DNA of 64,000 nucleotides from Bacillota bacterium (GTDB lineage Bacteria; Bacillota_I; Bacilli_A; RF39; UBA660): NCBI GenBank assembly GCA_021771185.1, contig JAETPN010000002.1, positions 69,297 to 133,296 of the forward strand, read 5' to 3'. Shown piece by piece: positions 41,288 to 52,183 of this stretch (position 1 is its first letter; each line of letters starts with the position of its first letter). The notes under the pieces were generated by a model. It saw only the letters and a program-made list of their open reading frames with translations, ran no database searches and was not told where the DNA came from. The position numbers and the translations under genes were made by a program.

Positions 41288-41858
41288 TACCTTTTACTTC
41301 CATTAATTCTTCTATTGTTTTAAAACCACCATGACTATTTCGATACGTGATAATGGCATTTGCCCTAGCTTCACCAATGCCATTTAATGACATTAACTCT
41401 TCCTTCGATGCCCCGTTAATTGAAATAGGTCCTGTACCCTTTTGTGCACTCTTAGACACTAAAGCATCATTAGATGATATTCTCGCATCATTTTCTACAA
41501 GTGTAGATTCACTATCCCCTACCTTGCTCACAATAATAACCATTTGATCCTCTACTTTTTTACTTAAATTAATCGTTGACGTATCTGCTTGTTCTGTTAA
41601 CCCACCAGCGGCGTTAATAATATCCATCACACGTTGGTTTAAAGGAACTTCATATAATCCAGGTTTCTGTACTTCTCCCTTAATATCTACAAAAACAGTA
41701 TCCTCTTTTGGAAGTGTTTCTGTCACTTTTTTCTTAACAACTACTTCTTTTTCAGTATTCTTTGTTTCTGTTTTTTGAAAATAGAAATAACAACTTGTCC
41801 CTAAAAATAATAAACTAAAAAAGATCGTCACCAATGCTTTTTTCTTTTGATCATCCAT
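41241..41858 (-). CDS. comEA: competence DNA receptor ComEA (helix-hairpin-helix)
   Basis: N-terminal TM, C-terminal tandem HhH INGASKEELMSLNGIGEARANAII. Confidence 0.8.
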   Translation of the reverse strand: MDDQKKKALVTIFFSLLFLGTSCYFYFQKTETKNTEKEVVVKKKVTETLPKEDTVFVDIKGEVQKPGLYEVPLNQRVMDIINAAGGLTEQADTSTINLSKKVEDQMVIIVSKVGDSESTLVENDARISSNDALVSKSAQKGTGPISINGASKEELMSLNGIGEARANAIITYRNSHGGFKTIEELMEVKGIGESLFSKIKEHITL

Positions 41859-41982
41859 AAAATCCCCCTCTATTAAATATATACGAGAAAAATTTTAGAT
41901 TTCCTTTTTTTATCAGCCAAAATATACTATTTTTTTATGATATAATATAAAAGAAAGGTAAAAGTATTAGGAGGTATAATAA

Positions 41983-42231
41983 GTGAGAGAGATAAAAATA
42001 AATGGTATTTATAAGCATTTTAAAGGAGATTATTATTTCATTGTTGATATCGCAAAACATTCCGAAACAAAAGAAAAATATGTAGTATATAGAAGTTTAT
42101 ACGGAGATAATAGCCTTTGGATCAGACCTCTAGATATGTTTTTAAGTGAAGTCGACAAAGAGAAATATCCAAATGTAGAACAAAAATATAGATTTGAACT
42201 TCAGGAAATTAAAAGCATTAAAGAAAATTAA
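41983..42231 (+). CDS. DUF1653-family small protein
   Basis: YKHFKGDYY..VVYRSLYGD..WIRPLDMF pattern. Confidence 0.55.
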   Translation: MREIKINGIYKHFKGDYYFIVDIAKHSETKEKYVVYRSLYGDNSLWIRPLDMFLSEVDKEKYPNVEQKYRFELQEIKSIKEN

Positions 42232-42238
42232 CGAATAC

Positions 42239-42268
42239 ATAAAAACGATTAGACTCTTCTAATCGTTT
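42239..42268. terminator. bidirectional hairpin terminator (aaacgattagac-tct-tctaatcgttt)
   Basis: A-run/T-run flanked stem-loop between convergent genes. Confidence 0.55.
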
Positions 42269-43044
42269 TTCTTCTTTTGCTTTACTTTAACAGATTCTAA
42301 ACAAGAAATTTTAGCATCTTCATTTAAATTATCTAATCCTAATATATTTGTGATTTCTAAAATATCATCAATGTCTGTAATATTATATTCTTTTAATACA
42401 TCTAATAATGCACGTTCTTTAATATTAATTTTACCTAAATTGACAGGTAAAAATTTTTGAACAATGCGATTCATAGCTTCTCTATGGTGTGGCGAATTTA
42501 ATGAATTTTTATTACGTGCAAAATTACTTAAACAATAAACCATTTCATCTGTTTTTGCATTCGCTATTAATTCCATATCTTCTCTATGGTGTGGCGAATT
42601 TAATGAAGCTGTATTGCGTGCAACTAGACTTAAACAATAAGCTATTTTATCTGTTTTTGCTTTAGCAATTAATTCCAAATCTTCTCTATGATATGGTGAA
42701 TTTAATGAATCTGTATTGCGTGAAACCTCTAACAAATAATATACAGCTTTTCCATTTTCTGAACGTAAAGCTAAATTTAATACATATTCAAATTGTTCTT
42801 CATCTAAAATAGCTTTATTTTTCATAAATTCATTTATATAATACAAGCTTTGGGCTTTGTTTGTATTTCTAGACATATCTAATACTAATTTTTCGTATCC
42901 ATTTATATTATTTTTTCTCATAGTATAAATACATATAAATGCTGGTTCTACTATATCAGGGTATTCTTTTTCAATACTTTGTAAAATCTTAAAATCTACA
43001 TCTGTTATTTTATCTTTTCTTAACCAGTTTATCTTTTCTAGCAT
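42259..43044 (-). CDS. 34-residue tandem-repeat alpha-helical protein (short paralogue, ~4 repeats)
   Basis: repeats SLNSPYHREDLELIAKAKTDKIAYCLSLVARNTA etc.; N- and C-terminal caps ~identical to 43208-44767 gene; GGAGGA RBS. Confidence 0.5.
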   Translation of the reverse strand: MLEKINWLRKDKITDVDFKILQSIEKEYPDIVEPAFICIYTMRKNNINGYEKLVLDMSRNTNKAQSLYYINEFMKNKAILDEEQFEYVLNLALRSENGKAVYYLLEVSRNTDSLNSPYHREDLELIAKAKTDKIAYCLSLVARNTASLNSPHHREDMELIANAKTDEMVYCLSNFARNKNSLNSPHHREAMNRIVQKFLPVNLGKINIKERALLDVLKEYNITDIDDILEITNILGLDNLNEDAKISCLESVKVKQKKKND

Positions 43045-43207
43045 AAACATTCCTCCAATAATACTATCTATTATAACACTTATTTTTTATAATGAAACAA
43101 AAAATTCAAATTAAAAGAAAAGACACCTTCTTTCGAAAGTGTTTTCTAACATATCTTTATGAACTACTTTTTAATTAATGTTTCCTAAATAGGTTCACAT
43201 TGCGTTT

Positions 43208-44767
43208 CTAATCGTTTTTCTTCTTTTGTTTTACTTTGACTGATTCTAAACAAGAAATTTTAGTATCTTCATTTAAGTTACCTAATCCTAATACCTTTGT
43301 AATTTCTAAAACATCATCAATGTCTGTAATATTATATTCTTTTAATACATCTAATAATGCACGTTCTTTAATATTAATTTTACCTAAATTGGCAGGTAAA
43401 AATTTTTGAGCAATGCGATTCATATCTTCCCTATGATATGGTGATTTTAATGAATTGTAATCACATGCAGCATTTCTTAAACAATTAGCTATTTTATCTG
43501 TTTTTGCACTCGCTATTAATTTCATATCTTCTCTATGGTGTGATGAATTTAATGAATTGTAATTACATGCAACATAATGTAATCGAGCGGCTATTTCATC
43601 TGTTTTTGCATTCGCTATTAATTTCATATATTCTCTATGGTGAGGTGAATTTAAAGAAACTGTATTGCGTGCAACAACACTTAAATAATAAGCTATTTTA
43701 TCTGTTTTTGCATTCGCTATTAATTCCATATCTTCTCTATGATATGGTGAATTTAATGAAGCTTTATCACATGCAACTATACTTAAACACTCAGCTATTT
43801 TATCTGTTTTTGCATCGGCTATTAATTCCATATCTTCTCTATGGAATGGGGATTTTAGTGAATTATAATTATATGCAACACTACTTAAATAACAGGCTAT
43901 ATTATCATTTTCAGCTTTTGCAATTAAGTTCATATCTTCTTCTAAATGATTTGATTGAAATAAATTTTCTTCAATATACATACTACCTAAAGTAATAACA
44001 GGATTTTCAAACGGATGAAATGGTTTTGGATTTCTATGGTAAAGAACGTTGTTTAAATAGTTTGCTTTTTTATCACTTGTAGCATTTGCAATTAAATTCA
44101 TAATTTCTTCATGATTGTCAAGGCTTAACGAATAAATATTCATGGCTGCACTACACAAAGAACGAGCTATCATATCACTTTTAGCATTTGCAATTAAATT
44201 CATGTCTTTTTCATGATAATTTGAATTTAATGAATTTTCATTACATGCAACTATTCTTAAAGAAAGAGCTATTTCATCAGTTTTTGCGTTCGCTACTAAC
44301 TCCATATCTTCTCTATGATATGGTGATTTTAATGAATCTTCATTACATGCAACATTCTTTAAATATTCAGCAATTTTTTCACTTTTAGCTTCTGCAATTA
44401 GTTTGATATCTTCTTCGAAATATGGTGATCGATAAGCTATTTTTGCATAATTTTGTAAATGAAAAATAATACTTTCATTTGTTGCATTTGCAATCAATCC
44501 TATGATTAAAGTTAGATGTGGATAATTTAATAAGTTAGCATTTTTCACTATGTTCATTAATGCTTTTCTACTATTGTGGTTTTGTTGTTTTATCACATCT
44601 AATATAAACTTTTCATCAGATTTACTTATATTATGCAATTTCATATTATAAATATAATAAATATATTTTCGATCAATATTTGGATACTCCTCTTTAATAC
44701 TTTTTAAAATGTCATAATCTACTTCCTTTATTTTGTGTTTTTCTAAACATTTTAACATTTCTAACAT
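43208..44767 (-). CDS. 34-residue tandem-repeat alpha-helical protein (long paralogue, ~11 repeats)
   Basis: ten to eleven 34-aa units (SPYHREDMELIANAKTDKIAYYLSVVARNTVSLN consensus) with variable residues at fixed positions; start MLEMLK after GGGAGGG RBS. Confidence 0.5.
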   Translation of the reverse strand: MLEMLKCLEKHKIKEVDYDILKSIKEEYPNIDRKYIYYIYNMKLHNISKSDEKFILDVIKQQNHNSRKALMNIVKNANLLNYPHLTLIIGLIANATNESIIFHLQNYAKIAYRSPYFEEDIKLIAEAKSEKIAEYLKNVACNEDSLKSPYHREDMELVANAKTDEIALSLRIVACNENSLNSNYHEKDMNLIANAKSDMIARSLCSAAMNIYSLSLDNHEEIMNLIANATSDKKANYLNNVLYHRNPKPFHPFENPVITLGSMYIEENLFQSNHLEEDMNLIAKAENDNIACYLSSVAYNYNSLKSPFHREDMELIADAKTDKIAECLSIVACDKASLNSPYHREDMELIANAKTDKIAYYLSVVARNTVSLNSPHHREYMKLIANAKTDEIAARLHYVACNYNSLNSSHHREDMKLIASAKTDKIANCLRNAACDYNSLKSPYHREDMNRIAQKFLPANLGKINIKERALLDVLKEYNITDIDDVLEITKVLGLGNLNEDTKISCLESVKVKQKKKND

Positions 44768-44853
44768 AAATGTCCCTCCCATAATACTATCTATTATAAC
44801 ATTTATTTTTTGTAATGGAACAAAAAATTCCAATTAAAAGAAAAAACACCTAT

Positions 44854-45666
44854 TTAAATAAGTGTTACTAAGATTACGATGATACCTAAGATGATACGGT
44901 ACCACATAAATATTTTAAAATCATGTTTCTTTAAATATTTTAGTAAGAATGAAATACAGAATAGTCCTGATAAGAAGGCAACTAAAATACCAATTAAGAA
45001 TACAGTTAAGTTGGCACTAATCAGTGTCCATGTAGTACTTTCAAATAATTTTAAAATAACAGCCCCACATACAACAGGTGCGGATAAGTAAAATGAAAAT
45101 TTGGCTGCATCTTCACGATTTAATTTAAAAGATCTTGCGGCAGCTATGGTTGTTCCACTTCTTGAAAAACCAGGGATAAGCGCAAATACTTGAGCACATC
45201 CAACAAGGAACGCTTCTTTCATATTCATCTTTTTCAAATCATTCCCTTGTCCCATCGTTTTATCAACTGTGTAAATAACAATTCCCATAAAAATTAACGC
45301 ACACGCAATTAAAATATAATTACTACGTACTGCATTTTCAATAATATCTTCAAATAATACACCTACAATTGCGGCTGGTATGGTCGCTAATATTAAATAC
45401 CATAGCATTTTACCTTCCGTATCTTTTGTTCCTTTCGTAAGACCTTTGATAATCATCTGAATAAAGTCGTTAAAGAAATATATACCTATCGCAAGTAGTG
45501 TTCCTAAATGTAGAGCGATATCCAAAGTAAGCGCTAAATCTTGTTCAATTCCTGTACCAATACCAAAAACATCTCTAAAAATAATTAAATGGGCACTTGA
45601 ACTAATTGGTAAAAATTCAGCAATTCCTTGTACAATCCCTAAAATAATAATATCTAAAATTCCCAT
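44854..45666 (-). CDS. uppP: undecaprenyl-diphosphate phosphatase
   Basis: GIVQGIAEFLPISSSAHL and PGFSRSGTT motifs. Confidence 0.9.
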   Translation of the reverse strand: MGILDIIILGIVQGIAEFLPISSSAHLIIFRDVFGIGTGIEQDLALTLDIALHLGTLLAIGIYFFNDFIQMIIKGLTKGTKDTEGKMLWYLILATIPAAIVGVLFEDIIENAVRSNYILIACALIFMGIVIYTVDKTMGQGNDLKKMNMKEAFLVGCAQVFALIPGFSRSGTTIAAARSFKLNREDAAKFSFYLSAPVVCGAVILKLFESTTWTLISANLTVFLIGILVAFLSGLFCISFLLKYLKKHDFKIFMWYRIILGIIVILVTLI

Positions 45667-46508
45667 TATTTTTCTCCTAACTTATATGCAACTATACTAC
45701 CAAAGAGTAGTAAAACAATACCAATCATTACTTGTACTACATCAAAAGTTAAATCAAATAAAGGCAATATAATTGAAATTAAAGAAGCTAATACAAAACC
45801 AATAATACCAAAATATGTTTTTACTGGTTGTTTTTCAAGTAAGTATTCAATAATTTTGGCAATAACAATGATTCCAAGGGCTACACCAATACCAAAAGGT
45901 ACAAGAATAAATAAGTTATCCATCACATGGTTAAACTTTGTTAAATCACGAATTGTATTAATGATTGGTTCATAATATCCTAAAAGCATTAACACAAATG
46001 AACCACTAATTCCTGGGATAACCATGGTTGCGGCTGCAATAACCCCAACAAAGAAAAGAACAATATATCCCATCACATTCATATGACTAAAACTAACCAT
46101 TTGATCGCCCGTTTTTAAGAATGCAAAAATAGCAACGAACAAAAAGGTAAGCAAAAATACACCAAGGTTGGAACCTGATTTTGGTTCATGCCTAATGGTT
46201 TGATATAAGAGTGGAATTCCCCCTAAAATTAAACCAACAAAGAACAATGTCGTTGGAATTGGATAATGTTCTAAACTAAATCCAATAACATTACTTAAAA
46301 TAGCTAGACTTAATACCATTCCAATACCTATTGGAATTAAAAATTGTAAGTTTTTCTTTATATTACTAAAGAAATGACTGATCGCTTTAATAAGATCTTC
46401 ATAAACACCTAAGGTAATTGCAAGTGTACCACCACTAACGCCTGGAATAATATTGGCAATACCCATGACAAATCCTTTTAACATTAATTTTATATTTTTC
46501 ATAATCAT
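45666..46508 (-). CDS. DUF368-family membrane protein
   Basis: GIANIIPGVSGGTLA signature. Confidence 0.65.
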   Translation of the reverse strand: MIMKNIKLMLKGFVMGIANIIPGVSGGTLAITLGVYEDLIKAISHFFSNIKKNLQFLIPIGIGMVLSLAILSNVIGFSLEHYPIPTTLFFVGLILGGIPLLYQTIRHEPKSGSNLGVFLLTFLFVAIFAFLKTGDQMVSFSHMNVMGYIVLFFVGVIAAATMVIPGISGSFVLMLLGYYEPIINTIRDLTKFNHVMDNLFILVPFGIGVALGIIVIAKIIEYLLEKQPVKTYFGIIGFVLASLISIILPLFDLTFDVVQVMIGIVLLLFGSIVAYKLGEK

Positions 46509-46574
46509 ACCTCCGTACTCTATACATTATATCAAATAATGGGCAAAAAAAGAAATATTTTCATACTTCTTTTT

Positions 46575-49500
46575 CTAATTTACAGGTAAAAGTTCTTCGT
46601 TAAAGATCGAATATAAATAACCATGAACAGGCTTATCAAACGTATGCTCAAGATAAGTTTGATAAGCTTTTACTTGATTAATATAGGCTATATCATTGAT
46701 GTTTTTCAGTTTATAATCAATTAAATCAATATGATCTTCGTAAACAATAAATAAGTCAATAATTCCTTTCGCATCTTGTTCAAAGAATGTAAACTCTTGA
46801 TAAACTTTTCCATCTTTTACGTTTTTTAACAATGGAAGTTTTAAAAGATTTTCTATTTTTTCTTTCATATAATCATTTTCAATAAAGTCTAAGTTCGGAT
46901 TTTTAAAATCTAGAGTTTCTAAAATCAAGTGCACATCACGTCCTAGACTTAAAATTTCATTTAAATCTTCTTCCCATAATTCATGAGTTACTTTAGAATA
47001 ATGGGTTTCTTCCACTTCTTCTTGTTTTAAAGCAACTAAATGTTCTTCTATAACTTCAGTTGTCGTTGGAATTTTCTTTGATAAATCTACTTTTAATTCA
47101 AACATATAATCTTTTGATAAACCTAGATTTTCTAAAGAAAGGGGTTTAATATAAGCGTCTAGGCTGTCTTTCATAGAACACAGCATATCATTTAGTGAGC
47201 GATAATTTAGTTTTTTAAGAACTGGAACAATTCTTTCATTCACATTTTCTTTTAATGAAAGATCTGTTACAATAATCATCTTTTCTTTGGCTCTTGTTGT
47301 GGCCACATAAAATAAACGAATACGTTCACTAATCATTTCTTTTAAATAACGATCTTTATAAAGACTTTTGATAATGGTATCTTTTAGACCCTCTTCATAA
47401 AAGGGTAAGATAAAGCCTAAAGCTTTATCATATAAGAAGTCCCCCTTAACATCATCTGTATTAAATGACCTATCTAGGGAAGCAAAGTAACAAATAGGAA
47501 ATTCTAGACCTTTTGACTTATGGATATTCATTAATTTAACTGTATTACTGTGATCTAGAATACCTTTCATTTTAATGTCTTCTTCCCCATTTAATACTTC
47601 ATCTAAAATGGTGATAAAGCAGTCGATATCTAAACCTAGAGAACTTACTTCACCAGCCACTTGTTTTAAATAATCCAGGCGAATTAACGTATGATTAATA
47701 TCCCCTACTTTAATAAGTTTGTTCCATACATCAAAACTTGTAAGTACACTAGATAATATTTCACTTAAATTAGACGTTGTTAAAAGAGGTAGTAGCTCCG
47801 TACATTTCTTATAAAGTTCTGTTTCCTTATAACGATTGTTAGATAAAATATCATATAATTCTTCATCCGAGATTTCCATTAAGAAACTACGACCTACACT
47901 CATAAATGCTCTTTTGAATGTGTTATCTAATTTATGATGATATAAACTTGATAGTAAAATAAAAATATTTTTAATGATATGAATATCATAAGAAGTTTTA
48001 ATGGTTTCATCTTGATATACTTGAATTGGAATTCCTAAATAAAGGAATATTTTTTTATATAAATCATAGTCACTACCAGTTTGTAGGAGAATAGTAAAGT
48101 CACGATATTCACAAGGTCTTATAGTACCTTCACCCATATTAAAAATGGGATATTTAGATTCTATTTTTTCTTTGATGTCTTTCGCAATCGCAAAAATTTC
48201 TATTTCACGACGATTAAACATGGATTCTTTATCATACGTATAATTTAAAATATCCATGTGATAATCTTCCCCAGTAGTTCCTAATTCATCATAACGAACA
48301 TTGCCTGGAACCATTTGATGCTCAGCTTCATAGTCTGCTCCACCTATTTCATTATCCATAATAGGGATAAAAAGGGTATTAATATCCGCAAGTACTTCCT
48401 TACGAGAACGGAAGTTTTTGATTAAATCAATTTTTTCTCCATCTAAGTGTTCACGGTAACGATCATATTTGTTTTTAAAAATATATGGATTGGCATTACG
48501 GAATTGATAAATCGATTGTTTAATGTCCCCTACCATATAAACATTATGATTCGCAATATAAGAAATAAATTCTTCTTGAATATCATTGGTATCTTGATAT
48601 TCATCCACTAAAATTTCACTAAAAGAATTTTTAATAGATGTTCTAATGTCCTCATGATTTTTTAAAAGTTCTAAACTCATTCTAGAAATATCATGAAATT
48701 CATATGCTTGATGAGCTTGTTTCCAAGTCCATACTTTATCATCTAAACGAAGTAAAATATTCGTAATGACATCCATGAAATCTTTCGTTTTTAAAATTTG
48801 TTCTTTCATTTCTTCGGTTGATGAATAAATTAAAAGTTCATTAATCTCTTTTAGCGTATCTGTAAGTTCTTTTTTTGCCTTTTTTACTTCTTCATCACTA
48901 CCTCTAGGAACACTTTTTAATTTTACAGTTCTTAGATTACACCACGCGAAATAATCATCACTATTAATAAATGGATCCAAAGCGTCTTTTAGTGTATAAA
49001 AGTAATCACCATCACAAATAAGTTCTAAAGCATCTAATTCACTTTTTAAGGCATTTATTTTTTCTTTTATTAGATTTAAATAGCTATCTACATAATGCGC
49101 TAGTGTTTCTTCGTTATAATAAGTATCTAAATATTCTTTTAGAAACGCTTGTTTATCCGTACGTAAATTTAATTTATCATCAAATTTTAAAAGAGCCGCA
49201 CGAATATTTTGATCATTTTTAATACAAAAAGAATGAATAAGATGAAGAAATTTAGGATCTTGTCTCACGTATTCTTCTTCTAAAATTTCATCTAAGAAAG
49301 CTTTACGTTTTAAAGAAATAATACTACTTGAAGTAATTTTAATATCTTTAGAAATATTTAATAAATAATGATACTTTTTAACTAAAGATAAGGCATAACT
49401 ATCGAATGTTGTGATATAAGCAGAATCTAAGGCATCTAATTCTTCTTTTAAAGATTCTTCTTTTTGTAGTGCAGCTCGAATACGCTCTTTCATTTCACTA

Positions 49501-49691
49501 GCTGCCGCATTGGTAAACGTTAAAATAAGTAAACTACGAATCGAAATACCATGACGTAATTTTCTTATTACTCGTTCTGTAAGTACAGCTGTTTTCCCAC
49601 TACCTGCTCCCGCAGAAACAATGATGTTTGTGCCACTTTCTTCGATGGCACGTGCTTGATCTGGTGTCCAATTTCTACTCATCTTCTTCAC
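46575..49691 (-). CDS. addA: ATP-dependent helicase/nuclease subunit A
   Basis: UvrD motif I AGAGSGKTAVLTERV, C-terminal PD-(D/E)xK (IDLIDYK). Confidence 0.85.
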   Translation of the reverse strand: MKKMSRNWTPDQARAIEESGTNIIVSAGAGSGKTAVLTERVIRKLRHGISIRSLLILTFTNAAASEMKERIRAALQKEESLKEELDALDSAYITTFDSYALSLVKKYHYLLNISKDIKITSSSIISLKRKAFLDEILEEEYVRQDPKFLHLIHSFCIKNDQNIRAALLKFDDKLNLRTDKQAFLKEYLDTYYNEETLAHYVDSYLNLIKEKINALKSELDALELICDGDYFYTLKDALDPFINSDDYFAWCNLRTVKLKSVPRGSDEEVKKAKKELTDTLKEINELLIYSSTEEMKEQILKTKDFMDVITNILLRLDDKVWTWKQAHQAYEFHDISRMSLELLKNHEDIRTSIKNSFSEILVDEYQDTNDIQEEFISYIANHNVYMVGDIKQSIYQFRNANPYIFKNKYDRYREHLDGEKIDLIKNFRSRKEVLADINTLFIPIMDNEIGGADYEAEHQMVPGNVRYDELGTTGEDYHMDILNYTYDKESMFNRREIEIFAIAKDIKEKIESKYPIFNMGEGTIRPCEYRDFTILLQTGSDYDLYKKIFLYLGIPIQVYQDETIKTSYDIHIIKNIFILLSSLYHHKLDNTFKRAFMSVGRSFLMEISDEELYDILSNNRYKETELYKKCTELLPLLTTSNLSEILSSVLTSFDVWNKLIKVGDINHTLIRLDYLKQVAGEVSSLGLDIDCFITILDEVLNGEEDIKMKGILDHSNTVKLMNIHKSKGLEFPICYFASLDRSFNTDDVKGDFLYDKALGFILPFYEEGLKDTIIKSLYKDRYLKEMISERIRLFYVATTRAKEKMIIVTDLSLKENVNERIVPVLKKLNYRSLNDMLCSMKDSLDAYIKPLSLENLGLSKDYMFELKVDLSKKIPTTTEVIEEHLVALKQEEVEETHYSKVTHELWEEDLNEILSLGRDVHLILETLDFKNPNLDFIENDYMKEKIENLLKLPLLKNVKDGKVYQEFTFFEQDAKGIIDLFIVYEDHIDLIDYKLKNINDIAYINQVKAYQTYLEHTFDKPVHGYLYSIFNEELLPVN

Positions 49692-52029
49692 CTCCTAAGT
49701 AAATCGTATCATTATTGGTTTTAAAACAAATATCCCCAAATGGACAGAAATTACAACTACGATTTTTATTTTCTAAAACTTTAGGATTGATTGTAAAGTC
49801 CCCCTTAGAAATATGATTATAAGATTCAATAATATTATCTTCCATTTGATTTAAAATGCTTGTCATTTCACTTTCCGTAACCATTTTGGCATAGGAACTA
49901 AATCCATTTTTTGTAACTTTTAAACCTTTAATTAGTTCACTATTTTCGAATGTTTTATCCAAATGACATAAAATGGACGTTTGATCTAGTGAATATCCTT
50001 CTAGTTTAAGCGAATTCTTTTTTATTTTTTCTAACGTTTCTTCATGTTTTGTATGAAGATTATAATTTAGACATTTTTGAAGATAAAAACCTACTAATTT
50101 AGCATCTTTAAATTCAGGCGCATGATGCATTAAATAAAGATAAAACGGTAGCTGCATGCCAAAGCCATATTTTAAATATTTATAAGAAATATCAGGGTTC
50201 CCTGTTTTATAGTCAACAACCATCGCATAACGCTTACCATCCTCTTCATAAGTCATAATTTTATCTATAATACCTTTGAGGGCTATATCACTCCTGGATG
50301 TGGTTGTCGCAAGAATTTCTTTTTCATGAAATTCTTTATCAAAGTCTGTACAAATTTTTTGTTCTTTTAAAACTTCAATAATATAGAATAGATGTTTACG
50401 TAAAGGTTCCCACCACACTTGTTCTTTTACGTCAAATGTTGTTTCTTCTTCTAACCTTTTTAATTCATTTTCTAGTGTTTCTTTCTCTTTATCCCAAATC
50501 GAAAACATATAGTGATATATATTTCCTACTTTTTGAGCAAAAGTTTCTTCAAAGTCATTTAATTTAAGTAAATAACTTAAATAATATTTAAATGCACATT
50601 CAAAATAAGTACTCATACTTGTATAGGAAAGACGTGGTACATATGAAAAATTAGTAAATGGCACAAACTTATGATTATAGCTTAAGTATTCATCGATACC
50701 ATAGTGATTTACTAAAAGAGCTAGATTAGCGTTTAATACATTATAATTTTTTAAAGCATCTAAATAGCTCGTCATTTTAAGTTTTTGATATGCCCCTCCA
50801 TAATTCTTAGTTAAATCAAACACTTCTTCTTTTACTTCGAAATTCATTTCATTTAGTAAAGAAGAAGGATAATAAATCATACCATTTCCGGTTTCTTTAT
50901 AACTAACATATAGGTTTTTAATACGATGCAAACTTTTGATAAAACCATTTTTTTGCTGCTTATTCATAGTTACACTATCATCTTTCAAAGTTACAGAACT
51001 AATTTCATCTGTAATGTAGTGTTCATCTTTTTCTAAAGTAGGAAAACTTCCTTGATTTGCTCCTATGATAAATACATAATCATCATCTAGGAAATAATTG
51101 TGTAGAAGCTCTGTTTTTTCTATTTGGGAAAGTTTGGTTTTCATCGTCACATGTTTCTTTTTTGTATCACGCATAATAAATGGAAGAATGTCTTCCGTCT
51201 TTCCACCAAACCATAGATATCCATTTAAAATATCAACACATGCATTTACTAATTTTATTTCATCCTTTAAAGTATACATTTCTTTTAATTTTGTAACAAC
51301 ATCATCAAAAGAATGATCTTTTAATAATTCTAGAAAAGTTTTTCCAACGATGGTTTCATATAAACAAACTTTATTATTTAAAAGAAGTGGGAAAGGATAA
51401 TAAGTACATATTCTTTCAAAATATGGTGTATAATCCGAACTAAGATTAATCAGTTTTATTTTATTAGGCTCTACGCCACTTTCTAAAAGTTTAGATATCC
51501 TAATCGCAAGTCCTTCAACTTCATCCTGGATCTCTGTATATTTCATAACTTCAAAGTTTGTGCGGACATCCTCATTCATGTCAATCACTTCAACATTGGT
51601 AAGTAACTTTAATTGTTCTAAAAAATACTTTTCTTTTTTTGTTAGAAAATCAAATCCTATAATTTTAATAGGAAAACGTTTTAAAAATTCACGCCCATAC
51701 GTATTAAACTTAAGTTTTTTATATTCTTTTAAAATACGATAATAGACAACAAATTTATCTAGACGAAGGACGTGATAATTTTTATCTTCAAGATATGATA
51801 GCGTATCTAAGACAACTTCAGCGGTGGGAATGGATAAATGACAAGTTGAAACTAAAAAATAAAGAGCATCTTCCGTGTATGAAAAAGAAAGATAATCTTC
51901 TACTTCTTGAAACGTTAATACTTTGACATTTTCTAATTTTTTTCTACTCACTTGTTTTTCTACTTTTTCTCTTATAACATTAGGTACAATGTAACATGTA
52001 TTTTTTTTTAATATCGTTTCTAACTTCAT
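49675..52029 (-). CDS. addB: helicase/nuclease subunit B (compact, 784 aa)
   Basis: C-terminal RecB-type nuclease VVDYKTG + Cys cluster (CNFCPFGDIC); upstream of addA. Confidence 0.75.
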   Translation of the reverse strand: MKLETILKKNTCYIVPNVIREKVEKQVSRKKLENVKVLTFQEVEDYLSFSYTEDALYFLVSTCHLSIPTAEVVLDTLSYLEDKNYHVLRLDKFVVYYRILKEYKKLKFNTYGREFLKRFPIKIIGFDFLTKKEKYFLEQLKLLTNVEVIDMNEDVRTNFEVMKYTEIQDEVEGLAIRISKLLESGVEPNKIKLINLSSDYTPYFERICTYYPFPLLLNNKVCLYETIVGKTFLELLKDHSFDDVVTKLKEMYTLKDEIKLVNACVDILNGYLWFGGKTEDILPFIMRDTKKKHVTMKTKLSQIEKTELLHNYFLDDDYVFIIGANQGSFPTLEKDEHYITDEISSVTLKDDSVTMNKQQKNGFIKSLHRIKNLYVSYKETGNGMIYYPSSLLNEMNFEVKEEVFDLTKNYGGAYQKLKMTSYLDALKNYNVLNANLALLVNHYGIDEYLSYNHKFVPFTNFSYVPRLSYTSMSTYFECAFKYYLSYLLKLNDFEETFAQKVGNIYHYMFSIWDKEKETLENELKRLEEETTFDVKEQVWWEPLRKHLFYIIEVLKEQKICTDFDKEFHEKEILATTTSRSDIALKGIIDKIMTYEEDGKRYAMVVDYKTGNPDISYKYLKYGFGMQLPFYLYLMHHAPEFKDAKLVGFYLQKCLNYNLHTKHEETLEKIKKNSLKLEGYSLDQTSILCHLDKTFENSELIKGLKVTKNGFSSYAKMVTESEMTSILNQMEDNIIESYNHISKGDFTINPKVLENKNRSCNFCPFGDICFKTNNDTIYLGGEEDE

Positions 52030-52183
52030 AATATTTCACCATTATTATCATACCATATTCTTGATTATTTCAAGAAACTATTTTACATTAAATTTTACTT
52101 TTTAAATAGTAAAGTAATTGTCTTAAAACATAGTTCTTGTTAGGAAGAAATTAAATTCATGGTATAATATAAAAGGTGATGAT

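Noticed and set aside
43208-44833. Regular ~102-bp DNA periodicity that could be mistaken for a CRISPR or satellite array
   Set aside because: The period is in frame inside a long ORF with an RBS, and the repeats are 34-codon protein repeats with no unique spacers. The + strand ORFs 43504-43995 and 44188-44388 are mirror artefacts of this repeat coding region.
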